Of a stretch of 64,000 bases of DNA, positions 47,025-64,000 are shown piece by piece. Every line of letters begins with the position of its first letter. Position 1 is the stretch's first letter. The stretch is from Stegostoma tigrinum (Eukaryota), in contig NC_081391.1 in the NCBI RefSeq assembly GCF_030684315.1, forward strand, positions 20,606,629 to 20,670,628, in the 5' to 3' direction. Position numbers and translations under genes: made by a program. Under the pieces are notes generated by a model, which had not been told where the DNA came from, did not search any database, and was given only the letters and a program-made list of their open reading frames with translations.

Positions 47025-47270
47025 CAAGAACAAAGAAAACTGGAGAAACTCACAGGCCTGGCAGCATCTGCGAGGAGAGAAAGAGAGTTAATGTTTCGGG
47101 TCCAGTGACCTTTGTCAGATATTCTATTCTGATGAAGGCTCTCTGGACTTGAAAGGTTAACTCCGTTTAACTCTTCACAGATGCTTCCAGATCTGCTGAG
47201 TTTCTCCAGCAATTTCTGTTTCTTTTTCTCAGATTTCCACCATCCACAGTTCTTAATTTTATTTTAGTGT
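47025..47270. repeat. Inverted pair of Penelope-type terminal repeats (imperfect palindrome)
   Basis: Arm ctggagaaactca...gcatctg...gagttaatgtttcgggtcc is the reverse complement of ggacttgaaaggttaactc...cagatgc...tgagtttctccag. A similar structure lies at 53575-53740. Confidence 0.7.
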
Positions 47271-47384
47271 TTATCACTAAGTTCAAACAAGAATGTTAAA
47301 TACTGAGGTACTTTCAGATTTGAAACAAGAACCCAAGAGCAGTAACACCATTGAGGATAAGGCCCTAAAACTGTTTCTATCACA

Positions 47385-47580
47385 AACCTCTGATTGGCTC
47401 TGGTCATATCCTTATTAATTGATGACTGAATGCATGATTCCTGATTGGTTGTCAGGAATCGTCAGTCATCATTGGTGATGTTATTCCCTGTTTCAGTGCA
47501 GGGTGTTCCCAGGAGTATAAATGCAGGAACAAGAGTCAGTTCTAGAGTAGTCTAGGTGATAGTGAGCAGGAATAGTGAAG
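47385..47580 (+). promoter_or_regulatory. Promoter of copy 7
   Basis: CTGATTGG twice, CATTGG, TATAAA 47516. Confidence 0.72.
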
Positions 47581-50914
<3,334 letters not shown>

Positions 50915-52699
50915 ACTGCCAGCAGGAAATGAATTTGTAATGTACTTGTGTAGCTAGGAAACTTGTAACTAGTGAGGCCAAGCTTGTCAAAACATTAAAT
51001 AAAGTGCCTATGGGCTAGATCCTCGTGGTCTGTTAATGTACCTGAAATCAGGCGTCTCATGTACCAGACCAGCCAAGATGTTGATGAGATTATCACTCCC
51101 ATGTCATTTTTGGCATGACACAGGACAAGATCTGGTCTTGTATGATCTTCATGCAATGCACTATAGAGTTTAGAGCTGCTCTAACAACAGTTAGAATTTA
51201 GTATGATATTTTTCTTGCCCATCTAAAGCTGATGTGGGGGTAGCAGGTGGGTCAAAGGAATATCAAGAATAAACTAAACTTTCTTGAATCTTTTCAAGGG
51301 CTCAGTCTTCAGGAGCAGGGCCTCTGGACTGAGGAAGGAACACTACCACAGGAGCCTCTATAAACAAATGACAGCCTCTTAAAAGTGGGACATCAAATCA
51401 AAGGGTATGACTCCATGTTAATCCCATAAACACTTTACAAACCCTGCTGGACCTACTTGGTTACTTTTAAAACATTTTCATTTTCTTTTTGAATCTCTAG
51501 CATCTAGGTTTCTACCTAGTTGACCTGCTCCTCAAAGGGGAGTGCTGGTTAAAACAGTAGCTTGTGGGAACTTAGTTCAATACATGGGTAGAAACACTGT
51601 TTCCAAACTCCTCTGTTCTAATGGAGCCCTTATTTACAATAGTTTAAACAATTGTTTTTTTAATCCAAAAGCAGATACCATGAGGAATTAACTTGCGTAG
51701 TTTTGCTCACTTAAAACTTACGCATATTCCCTTTTAACATTTTTCTGGTAACACTTGAGCAAAGTTGTAAATGACAAGTAGTTCTGGAGACCTGTGAGCT
51801 CCTCTTTATTGAACAAGCTCTTGGCAGTTCCTTGCAAACAGAAGGTTAATACAAAAGTATGCTTTTATTTTTGAAGTTGAAGAATAAATTAAAGCTGGTT
51901 CTATGAATCTGAGCTTTAAACCTTTCAGGCCTGATCCATCAGTTAATAAAACTCAAATGAAGCTGCTCCTTCATTAAACTTGTCAGCTTGTTGTTAAATT
52001 TGAAGGAAATACCCATTTCCAATCCTGTTTGTTCACTATACATCTACATCTACATCTCCTTCACGTTAATGGTTTAACCTTGTTGCCATGACCACAATTC
52101 TGAGGTTTGGTAGTTCATTTTTGGAACTTAGTTGAGGTCTGGTTGATACAAGAAAATTATTCGTCTGTCACTTGAATCACAATCTTTGAATCTCAGACGG
52201 AAAGAATGAGTTTATTTCCAAACCCAAACCATCCCTTCGCCCTGCTGGCAGATACTGAAGTCTTGTGGTTCCTGGGAAAAGGATTTGTCAGTAGTTATAC
52301 CAACAATCTGTAACCGCAGGCCTTCCAACAATGGATCTTGTGTCCTGTGTCCATCTGCATGGCTATTGAGTGACCATATTATGTCTATCCGCTTGGACAA
52401 AGCCCTTTATGAGGACTGAACATTCCCTGCATCTCAGCCTTTTCAATAAGGACAGGTTTTGGTGCCCGGTATAGCTTCTGTTCAGCTGGGTCAACTGTAC
52501 CCATTTAGTGGTATCTCTTCGCAAGAAGATTTTATCTATAGTGTCAGCAATGGTCCTGGGTGTGAATCTCAGACAGCCTCGTTTTTGTATCTGGACCAGC
52601 GTTTACTCCAAAGAAGCCACATGTTCACCTGTTCCAGGATTGAACCACTTCTCTAATAAACTGTGACATCAACGCTTGGGATCTTAGAGGATGCTAGGA

Positions 52700-53046
52700 T
52701 TCCTAACAGACCAGAAAGAGGTCATTCAGCCCATTGAGTCTGCACCAACCCTCCAAAGAGCACCACACCCAGACTAATCATTTGCCTCCCATCCCTGTCC
52801 CTGCAACTACACATTTTCCATGGTTAGCCCACTTGCCTGCACATCCCTGGACAGTAGGGGAAATTTGGCACAATCAACCCACCTCGCCTACAACATCTTT
52901 AGATTTAAGGAGGAAACTGTAACACTTGGAAGAGACCCATGCAGACATGGGGAGAATGTGTAAACTCCACGCAGACAGTCGCCTCATGCCAGGATCGAAC
53001 CCAGGTCCCTGGTGCTGTGAGGCAGCAGTGCTAGCCATTGTGACAC
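52700..53046 (-). mobile_element. tRNA-derived SINE
   Basis: Reverse strand caatggctagcactgctgcctcacagcaccagggacctgggttcgatcc (A box and B box GTTCGATCC) plus CR1-like tail. Confidence 0.8.
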
Positions 53047-53944
53047 AAAACAAGGCCAGAGGGAAAGACTAAAATTATTTTTAAATAGTGAGTTGTTACA
53101 ATTGAGAACGCACTGATAGGGCAAGGTAAGAGAAGCAGATGCCTCAATGATTTCAAAGAGAGATTTGGAGACATATAACGACAATGAAATGAATGGCAGC
53201 ACTATTGGGAAAATCAGAGGACTGGGACTAATTTGAAAGTTCTTTCAAAGAGCCAGCACAAACTTTCGGTACTAAATGGTCTCCATTTGTGTCTGAATCA
53301 AAGAGTTGGAAAATATTCGAGTCTAAACATTTCAAATAGATTCAAGTCACATCAGTCAAGTTGAAAGTCACCCTCTGAACAAATAACATTGACCACAGGA
53401 AAAGATGAGCTGCTCCACTGAGTGTGTTCTCAAATCTCTGCAGCCGAGACCAGTGTGTGGGTGAAATTAGATTCAGCCACATTAACTTGCTCTCACATTT
53501 CCATTTCTCTGTCCTGTGGTTGGTTTGCAAATTCCCTCAAGATGATCTGACTTGCTGAGGAAAAAAAAATAGCAAAATAACTGCGGATGCTGGAAATCAG
53601 AAACAAAATCAGAAATTGCTAGAAAAGCTCAGCAGGTCTGGCTGCATGTGTAGAACAGTTCTGAGGCAGGGTCACTGGGCCCAAACGTTAACTCTGGTTT
53701 CCCTTCACAACTGCTGCCAGACCTTCTGAGCTTTTCTCGACCTGCAAAAGGTACTGTATCAGCTTCACAGCTCCTCGTACGTATCAAACTTGACCAGGTT
53801 ATGAAAAGCTGCTTCAGCAACAGAGTAAGATATAGTTCCAGAGAATAAAACTTCAAGGGATTTTCAGAATTGAGGAATGTCAATGGAATCAAAAAACTAG
53901 TGACAACACCAAGACAATTCGGTCAAACGGGACACTATTTTCCA

Positions 53945-54164
53945 AATCTCTGATTGGCTCTGGGTCTCAGTCCATTCCCGACAGGCCCCTCTCCTGAGTT
54001 CACTGGTGCCTGAATTCATGGAGATTCCTGATTGGCTATCAGTGATTGTCAATCTTCATTGGTCACATCATTCCCTGGTTGAACGCAGGATGATACGAGG
54101 AATATAAATACAAGAGCTTGTGGTAGAGAAACTCAGTTCTAGAGTTGTTGAGGTGATAGTGAAG
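53945..54164 (+). promoter_or_regulatory. Promoter of copy 8
   Basis: ATTGG at 53953, 54031 and 54058; TATAAA 54103. Confidence 0.72.
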
Positions 54165-56526
54165 ATGGCGTCTCAAGTGTGTCAGAACTACCACAAGGAC
54201 TGTGAGGATGCTGTTAACAAGCAGATCAACCTGGAGCTCTATTCCTCCTATGTTTACCTCTCCATGGTGAGGCTTGTGGTATTGAGAGTTCATGCTTTCT
54301 CCTTTACTTGTTACCCTTACTGGCTTGACCCCACCCTTCTGTACACCTCCCAACAACCTGGAGCAACTAAGTGTATGTAATATATCAATGTTGTCTATTC
54401 TCCTGTGTTTTATAGCTGCCTGTCTCTTATAACTGTCTGGTGAGAGCTAATGAAATGTTTGTTTTCATGTTTCTTTCGCCTACCAAACCGCACCCTCTTC
54501 TCTCCCCCTGCGGCACCCCCCCCCCCCCCCATCCACTTAAGGGGTCCCTTTTGCATTAAGGGACTAACTGCTTTGCATGATGTCACTATTAGGTTTTATT
54601 TCAGTATCTTATTGGGGTTCAAGATTCCTTGTAGCTTCTTGGATGATTTTCAGGACACAAAACTGATCAATTTCCATTCCACTTTCACTTTAAAGTGAAT
54701 GGGGTGACTCACTGTTGAAGCGGTCACTATGTATGAGCCACCTTCATGTCTATGAAGGAGTATAACCCTGATGTGTTGGTTTCATACTGGTACTTCCAAA
54801 ATGATGTCTTATGTTGCCTCAATGTCAAGGGATCTTTTTCTTGTCTCAACTAATAGTAGTGGATTGTTAATTTTTGGGCTTTTAGTGAAAGAGTCTGATT
54901 CATTTGGATCAAGTACTGAAATAAACCCAGGCTCCCTATGCAAGTAGGAATTTTCTGAAAGGGGTGTTTGGTCTCTTGACTGTCCTTTTGAGATCTGGGG
55001 GAAATAATGGCTGTTGAGGTGCTTGAGTTCTGACTCATTAGCTCCTATGCCAATGAATGTGAGTCTGACCAGTTGTGATCACTTTCCATGTTAAAATGGT
55101 GGTGGGATGGGTGGGTCTATAGCTGGAGAAGACTTTTTCTCCAAGGAGAAGTGAACTCTGGTCACAGTGATAGAAAACATGACCTGTAGCTGTGATCACT
55201 ATTTGTAGTAAGATCATGGTCATTTGGTGTACATTCTACAGTAATCTTCTAGCTAACCAGTAACTCTGCCTCAATATCCACTTCCTTAACTATTCCACAT
55301 TTCCCCAACACCCAAATCTTTCAGTTGCACAAGCAATTGAAGCTGCTTGTCAGTCAAATGACATAGACATTCCTACACTTGTCTCTAGTACTGCACTCTG
55401 TATACCCAGCCTAATATGGTCCTATATTGTCTGTATAGACAGGATTTGAATGCTTCATTCTTTGTCTTTTTAAAAGAAAAACTACACAAGCTCTTGCTGA
55501 AGCTCTGGCTGGATGAGATCTGGAGCTTTGCTGACTTGGCCACTTTGTCCTCTTCTCCCCACAGTTCTCTTACTTTGACCAGGATGATGTTGCCCTGCGT
55601 CACTTTGCTGAGTTCTTCAAGGAGCAGTCCCAAGAGGAATGGGAACATGCTGAGAAACTGATGGCATTCCAGAATAAACGTGGGGGCCGAGTCCTCCTGC
55701 AGGACATCAAGGTTGGTCTATCCGCCTACATTGTAATGACCTGAACTAGACATGGATTTGAAGCTTGAATTCTACTGGGATAATGCTATATGGCACATTA
55801 GTTCCTAGTTGCCTTTCCAACTCACTGCATTGCACTTCCCTTCACTTTTCACATGAGTGAAGCATCTGTCTCTTCCCTCCCTCCAGAAGCCAGAGCAGGA
55901 TGAGTGGGGCAATGGCCTGGAGGCAATGCAGAGAGCTCTGCAGATGGAGAAGGATGTGAACCAGAGTCTGCTCGATCTGCACAAACTCTCCTCTGGCCAT
56001 ATGGACCCTCATGTGAGTTACTGATGATCAATCATCAGGGTATTGAAGGTGATAGTGGAATCTGCCCTGCCCTGCATATTGACCAATGTCCATGCAAGCT
56101 TGTTTTGGTGCAAAAAGCACTTGTGCTAATTGTCTGTGACTAATTTGATGTCGTATTCAGTGTGTAAGCTATTATAGGGATTATGGCCAATTAAATGAAT
56201 TAGCTTGGCAAATGTGGACAAGTCAGCTTTGCTCTGCCTTCTGTAACACCTGTAGCTCAGGAGGCTGTTTCTAGCCTGTTCTTGGAGATCGCCAGTTGCT
56301 GTAGCTATCCATAATAGTAACACCAAGGAAGGCCAATCCAAACATGTCTGTCTGAACTAATTACTCTTGTTTCCTCCAGCTGTGTGACTTCCTGGAGAGG
56401 CACTACCTGGATGAGCAAGTGAGGATGATCAAGAAGCTGGGAGAGCACATCACCAACCTGAAGAGACTGGGAGCCCCTGACAATGGCATGGGAGAGTACC
56501 TGTTTGACAGGCTCACACTCAGCTGA
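54165..56526 (+). CDS. Ferritin copy 8, 173 aa (ends LTLS*), 4 exons
   Basis: Exons 54165-54266, 55565-55711, 55887-56012, 56380-56526; GT-AG; open frame; QSQEEWEH in helix B; TATAAA 54103; AATAAA 56598-56603. Confidence 0.93.
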
Positions 56527-59197
56527 GCTTTGGCACCGTTTTCTACTTTGTGTAGAATGCTAACATAAGCCTGTTCTTCTTTCTCTCTGGGTATGGAAAT
56601 AAATTTCAGTGAAACTGACATGCTGCTGTGTTGCTCATTCCATGCACAGCAATCCAGACAAAAGATTGCTAGCTGTTTGAACTGATGGTGGGTAAACTTT
56701 AATGCGCTATTGGCATTCCTTCTGGCTCCCTAAATGTTATCCAGTGCTAGGCTACCTCTCCAGGCTACAGTTGAGCTGCATGAGGCTTTTGGTGTTGGGT
56801 TGAGAATGCAGGATGAAAATTGGCTACTCTGTTTACTGCATTCAGGGACTTCTTCCATTTCAACGGCATGTATTTACAATCATGACCTAGTTCAACACTG
56901 CAGCAGAGATTGACAAATTCTTTATCTCAAAAGGAATAAAGGGCTGCAGGGAAGTGGTGTTGAAATGCCCATCAGCCATGGTTTAAATGGCTGAGTGGAC
57001 TTGATGGGCCGAATGGCCTTACTTCTGCTCAGTCTTATGGTCTGATATGTCATTTGGAAACATCATTGAGCTAGATCACAGAACTAGAAAAGGGTGAAAA
57101 TGCTGTCTTTTAACAAGAGGAAAAGCTGCTTAGGCCCCTGCTGTCAAACACTCCCAGGCCAATGACATTGCAGGGCAGGAGGCGTGGTAGAGCTACTTAA
57201 AAGAAAAGAAGTCTTGATGCTTTCAGCTTCAAAGTAAAGCATCTTTGATACTCTTCTCAAATTGTGTCAGGACATGGTTTTTTCTTGGCCTGAAGAATGA
57301 TCCCACTCCCACCAGGGGGAGAAGTTAATGCCCTGTTGTGTGCATTGGAGTACAAGGTATGTTTGAGTTGAGCAGAGCTGGAGTTTAAGATTCATTTATC
57401 TCATCTCCAAGAAATTACAATCATGGCATTCCAAATCCCTACAGTGTGGAAAAGGGCCCTTTGGCCCAACAATTCCATGCTGACCCATTCCCTTATAACC
57501 CACCTATCTTGCGAAATACTTGAACACTTAGCAATTTCTCACAGCCAGTGTGCACCTCTTTGGGTGGTGAGAGGAAGCTAGAGGATACCCACACCACTAC
57601 TGCATAAGGGGTTCAGATAAGGCCTTTTGCAGACAAGTTGGGGAGGGGCTTCATGTTGATGAGGTGCAGGACAAACTTTTATCTGCTAATCCTTGTTGAG
57701 CAACAGGGACTTGATTGATGGTTGTGGGGAGGACACCCCTTTTTGGGAGAGCTTAGAGCAACTGGTCACCCATTTAAAATGAAATCTTGCTTTGCACTGG
57801 TAGGTTGAGGAGTTGAAAGTATCCGTTAAAGTGATTCTGAACATTACTGAGAGAGATTCTTCATGAGCAGAGGTGAAATTTTGACCCATGTTGGTGGGGT
57901 TCTGCTGATTGTTTGCAGGAACCAGAAATGGAACAATCTCTTCAATTCCACCAAATTATTGAAAGTGTTTCTTGCAGTTCTCCATGTGTCTGATGGGCTG
58001 ACGTGCTCTTGCTCAGGAAATAAGTCCAGCCCCTGGATCTAAATGCTTCACAATCATTCCCTATGTTCAATGCATTCCAAACACTTTTCCCCCACCATCA
58101 ATGACAGAAACAGAAATTGCTGGAAAAGCACAGCAGGTCTGTCACTGTCAGCATCTGTGAAGTAAATTTCGGAGCTAACATTTCAGGTCCGGTAACCCTT
58201 CCTCAGAATAAATGGCTGCTTGGAAAATGTCAGTTCATATGCAGAAGATAGGGATGGGGATGGGGTAGGGATTAAAAGGTTGGATAAAGGATAGAACACA
58301 CAAGAGCAGATGGACAGACAAAGGAGTTGATAACAATGTGGCTAAGAGGGTGAATAGCTGTTAATGAGGATTGTTAGCGACTAACAACAGGTAGTGTGTG
58401 AAGGCAGGCCATCATTAAACTTGTTCTGAGGCGTAAATGGTCACAGAGAGCTGAAAGCAGAAGTATATCTGTGACAGCACCAACACCCCGATGGCCATTG
58501 TTGCCTCTGAACTCATGATTCCCTCTATTTCGGCTCTGCTCTGGCAAGTCCTCTCCTGGTTAGTTACAAATAGTACCGTAGTTGTGATCACATTCGACAT
58601 GGTCTTGTTTCAGTTCTCAAACAGCTGGCTGGTTACGTTCCAAATTCTACAGCTCACAAAACAGTGAAAGGATGTTTTGTTTTCACCCGTTCATGTGACT
58701 GTGCATTGACCACTTTGAGATGACCCCCTTGACAGATGCCAACTGTTGGGAACTATTGTCTGTACCCGCACTGTCCGATGGGCATACAACACGCTGCATG
58801 AATAAAAGCAGAAAGGCTCAAGTTACATCCCAAGGCTCTCCAAGTATCAAATGTTAAATCTTGTCTCACAAATACCTCTCATTTTAAAGTCAACATTTGC
58901 AGAAGGAAAAGAACATTTAGACTGAGTGATGTTTGTCATCAACTGTTGTGATTATTATCAGGATCACTGACCTCTTATGAACCTGATGAGCGATGTGTCA
59001 ATTCATCAAGAGATGGGCGAATACAGGAGCAATTGTACACAATAGCATCTCCAGGGTTGAATTTCCTGAGATGTATTGGGAAACTCTGATTTCGAGAATT
59101 CTATCAGTTTCAACTTGAGGAAAGTCACACAACCAATCTCCATTACAGACAAGTGTCCATGACATAACAGTAAGAAAGTCAAGCATGTGGAGAAATA

Positions 59198-60761
<1,564 letters not shown>

Positions 60762-61599
60762 ACTGCCTGCAGGGAGTGAGCTTGTTGTCATGTGTCTGAA
60801 TGGGAGACCTGTAGAGACTTATCCTTTTTGTAGAAGCAGCTCATTGCTCTGTACAAAGTGTAAATAAATTGCTCAATAGTGGACCATGTCTTGCCTCCCT
60901 TTCTCATTTTAATCTTTGCTGTGAGTTGTACTGTACTTAGTTCCTGTTTGGTTCTGCTGCTGCTGATGGGAACTCGTTTCCCAATGGGCTGTGGGTTTCA
61001 CTATGTGGACCAGACAATAGTCTGCAGCGAGTTACCTTGGACAGGGGGAGCTGCTGCCCTGAGCCTTCCTGCATCCTGTAGTGGTTGACCCACCATATCC
61101 TCTGTAGGAAGGAATTAGAACTGATTCAGGAACAGTGAAGTGTGAGGAATGGCTCATGGACCTACCCTTCTTGACAAAAGGGCCAACTGAGCAGAAGGTT
61201 CTAAGCCATCAGGGAAACGTTGGTGGGGCGAGTGGGGGGGTTGTTATTGGGAAAACTGGTATTCCAGTAAGTTAAGCACAGCCCACAATTCAAGACACTT
61301 GTGGGTATGGAAAGAATAAACTTCAGGTTGTGCCTATGGAATTTTGCTTTCAATGCTACTTTAGTTGGCTTCATCAAGCTGTTTAGTATTACACTCTAAT
61401 GGAGTGGTTGGGACTTGAAACCACCCCTCCTAGACGAGGGGTAGGGATGCTGCCATTGCACCAGCTAGAGTTAAGCAAATAATACATGCTAAGTGTGCAT
61501 ATGGGTTGAGTCCAACTCTCAAATCAGAGTGAGATGTAAATTTCTTGACTTGTCAAGTTTATCAGTCCTTGTTAGACTCCTGGGAGCACTTTCAAATAA

Positions 61600-62200
61600 A
61601 GGCCTAGGGTGCAGGTATTAAGTTCCTTGAAGGTGGGAAAGAAAATATTTGGGATGCTTCCCTGCATTGTCAGGGCATGGGGTACAGTATTTAGAATGTC
61701 ACCCTACAGCTGAATCGGGTAGTGGTGAGGTTACTTTAGGAATACTGCATTTATTGCTGGGTTTCCTCCTAAAGATATCCTAAAAGCTAAAGGTTCAGGA
61801 AAAACATCAGCAAAGAGGCTGAGTAAACTGGCTCTAGCCTCATTTGAGTGCCAGAAGCCAAGAGGAGACATTCGATTTGTAATATCGAGGGACGTGGATG
61901 GAATAAATAGTCAAGGCCTTTCTTCCCAGGCTTGAAGAGAGCATAGATGAAAAGTGAGAGGCAAGATTAAAAAGGGTTCCTGGGGCAGCTGCCCTGTAGG
62001 GTGTGGTGCATTTGGAATGAGCTGCGAGAGGAACTGGTGGAGGCTGGTACAGTTAACAACAGGAGATGGTACTTGGCTGTGTCTCTGAAGAGTAAGTGTT
62101 CAGAATAATATGGGCAAATACTCATGAATGGGACCAGACTGGTTTTGTATATCTGGTGGACACTGTTGAATGGGACTAAATAGTGAGTTTCCATAATGAC
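61600..62200 (+). mobile_element. Very decayed CR1 3' fragment
   Basis: Residual motifs agttccttgaaaggtgg, gaatactgc and ttggaatgagctgcgagaggaactggtggaggctggtacagtt. Confidence 0.6.
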
Positions 62201-62329
62201 TATTCGTCCAACTGAGGAATGGAGTGCGCATCTGAGGGTTTACTCTAACAAGCTGGTGGCTGAGCCCCAACATTACATTTTCTTCATAAAGTTCGAGGAC
62301 TAAAGGAGGGGAACAGGAACTTCACAAAA

Positions 62330-63610
62330 GAAACACTATTTTCCATCTACCTGTCGCCTGCAGGAATGAAAGCCCACCTTAAGGGGCTCTGTTAGACATA
62401 TGACAAAACAGGAGAGATCCCAACAGAAAGTTTTAGAGTCCCTTCCAAACAAAAGGATGGAAAGCAACAAAAAAACAATTATCAGTCGACGACTGCCACT
62501 GTGTCAGGATCAGGTCTTGAAAAGTAGGAATTTATTTTATTTCAGAGGCTCAGCTTCTACATGAGCAGGAATGGCAGGGAGCTAACCTCCTTCTCACTCT
62601 GGGGCCTGCAGAATTTGTAAGAATAACATCCTCTGGCATTTCTGATGATGGTAAGGGTTGTGCTGACATTGAGATGTCCAATTGTGGGAGATATAGCTTG
62701 AGTTCATGTCATGCAGCCAATAGCCAGGGCAAGTGTTTGATCGGTGCAAAGGGAGATGTTGAAGAGCAGGTATGAAAAGTGAATTCACTGAAGCCAATCT
62801 ATGTGGAAAAGTTTGAACTCAGTGTTATCTGTACATCCATCGTTTCCTCATAAAGGATCCTCTTGAACAAACACAAAGAATTGATGGCCAGCTGGGTAAA
62901 AGAAGCAACTGTAAAACAATGACGACAAGCCAGTAGCATCTGCCAGTGCTTGACTGTGGAACAATTATTCCAATCCTTGAGTCAGATGTGGCTCATCTCA
63001 CCCACCAAAGCACAGTCCATTCTTTCAAAATACATCCAGGTTGTGTTGTACGGGAGCAGATTGAGTTCAAATCTGTCAAAGTCCAATCGCCCAGCAAAGC
63101 CCAAATTGTCACAACCCCGTGCGAAGAAGGGCCAAGGAGGAAACAATGCCAAATGAGCTTGGAACAGTGTGTCAGGCAGGATCGATTCCAACAACAGAAG
63201 GATAGCTTCAGTGAGAAACTGCCAATATATTTACATCTTGTAGATACCATTCGCAGAACAAATACACTTTAGCAAAACGAAAATCTTCTTCAACTGATGA
63301 CAGTAGCAAGGAATTATGGTCTTGTTTTCAACCGTATAAAAGATCAAATAAATTTGAGCCAAATCAATTTATTTTGTTGAATCTCCTGATCAGATGATAT
63401 TGAACTTCATTCTGCAAAATAAAACATAAATGAGATGCCGATGTCAGATAGAAATTACTGACAGAGGTGTCTCAATTTCTTAAGCTTTCTCTACCCACAT
63501 GCTCGGAACCTTGCACCCGCTCAGGAGTTCTCTACAAAAACATGAGATAAGGCGATTAACCAGTCAGTGTGTCCTTCAACATTGTATTATGAACTTCCTG
63601 CAGTGTATTT
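62330..63610 (+). mobile_element. Decayed Gypsy-type LTR retrotransposon gag-pol remnant
   Basis: Fragments VRQDRFQQQKD, ARNYGLVFN..KDQI...QI and PLRSS resemble Gypsy RT motifs in order; many stops and frameshifts. Confidence 0.5.
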
Positions 63611-64000
63611 ATTTGGATATCAACTTGAGAAGAACGTGGCTATCTGTGGTTGATGTTACACAGACAACCAGGGAGTAAGCCAGGAACACCACCTATTCCC
63701 ACAGAGCCAGGCACCACAGTCATTCATCAAAGTCTCTGGTGACCATTGAATGACCATGCGATGTGCATTAGTTTAGAAAAAACCCTTTGTGACCATGGGT
63801 CATTCCCTGCAGCTCAGGTCCATTCTGACCAAGATATTTGTCAATCACCAGATACATTTTCTGTTCAAATGGATGAAAAGTGTCTGTCCCAAGAGGGCTG
63901 TGTGTGGAAGATGATTGGTGGATTCTGATGTCAATCCCATCTGGCCCGTTAAATCTAAAGGAACACATCTCATCACCTGTTCCAGGACCAAACTGCTCAG

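Noticed and set aside
47484-47506. CAGTGC motif (also about 36646) as a possible IRE
   Set aside because: It lies upstream of the TATA box, cannot form the 5-bp upper stem with a bulged C, and is not conserved in the other copies.
53000-53046. tRNA gene suggested by A and B boxes
   Set aside because: No complete cloverleaf; it continues into a SINE body and CR1-like tail.

Overview
Eukaryotic (vertebrate) genomic DNA, not a prokaryotic window. The repeat content (CR1 LINEs with TTCTATG tails, tRNA-headed SINEs, Penelope-like elements) suggests a cartilaginous fish; this is an inference. The window is a head-to-tail tandem array of four-exon ferritin genes (heavy-chain B / middle-subunit type, 173-176 aa), all on the + strand: six apparently intact copies (1, 2, 4, 5, 7, 8), two pseudogenes (3, 6) and a ninth, orphan exon 4. 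Spacers and introns are filled with CR1/L2 LINE pieces (one young CR1 with an almost intact RT ORF), SINEs, solo LTRs, decayed LTR-element pol remnants, a 47-bp minisatellite and Penelope-like elements. Most notable: (i) no copy has an iron-responsive element (IRE) in its very short predicted 5' UTR, but all share a multi-CCAAT + TATA promoter; (ii) exons are almost identical, even at synonymous sites and in dead copies, while most introns are divergent and mosaic; (iii) a conserved 300-400 bp element of unknown function recurs upstream of most copies; (iv) hammerhead-ribozyme-like cores occur in the Penelope-derived repeats; (v) the orphan last exon lies next to a 5'-inverted Penelope insertion. 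All alignments were done by eye and repeat boundaries are approximate.
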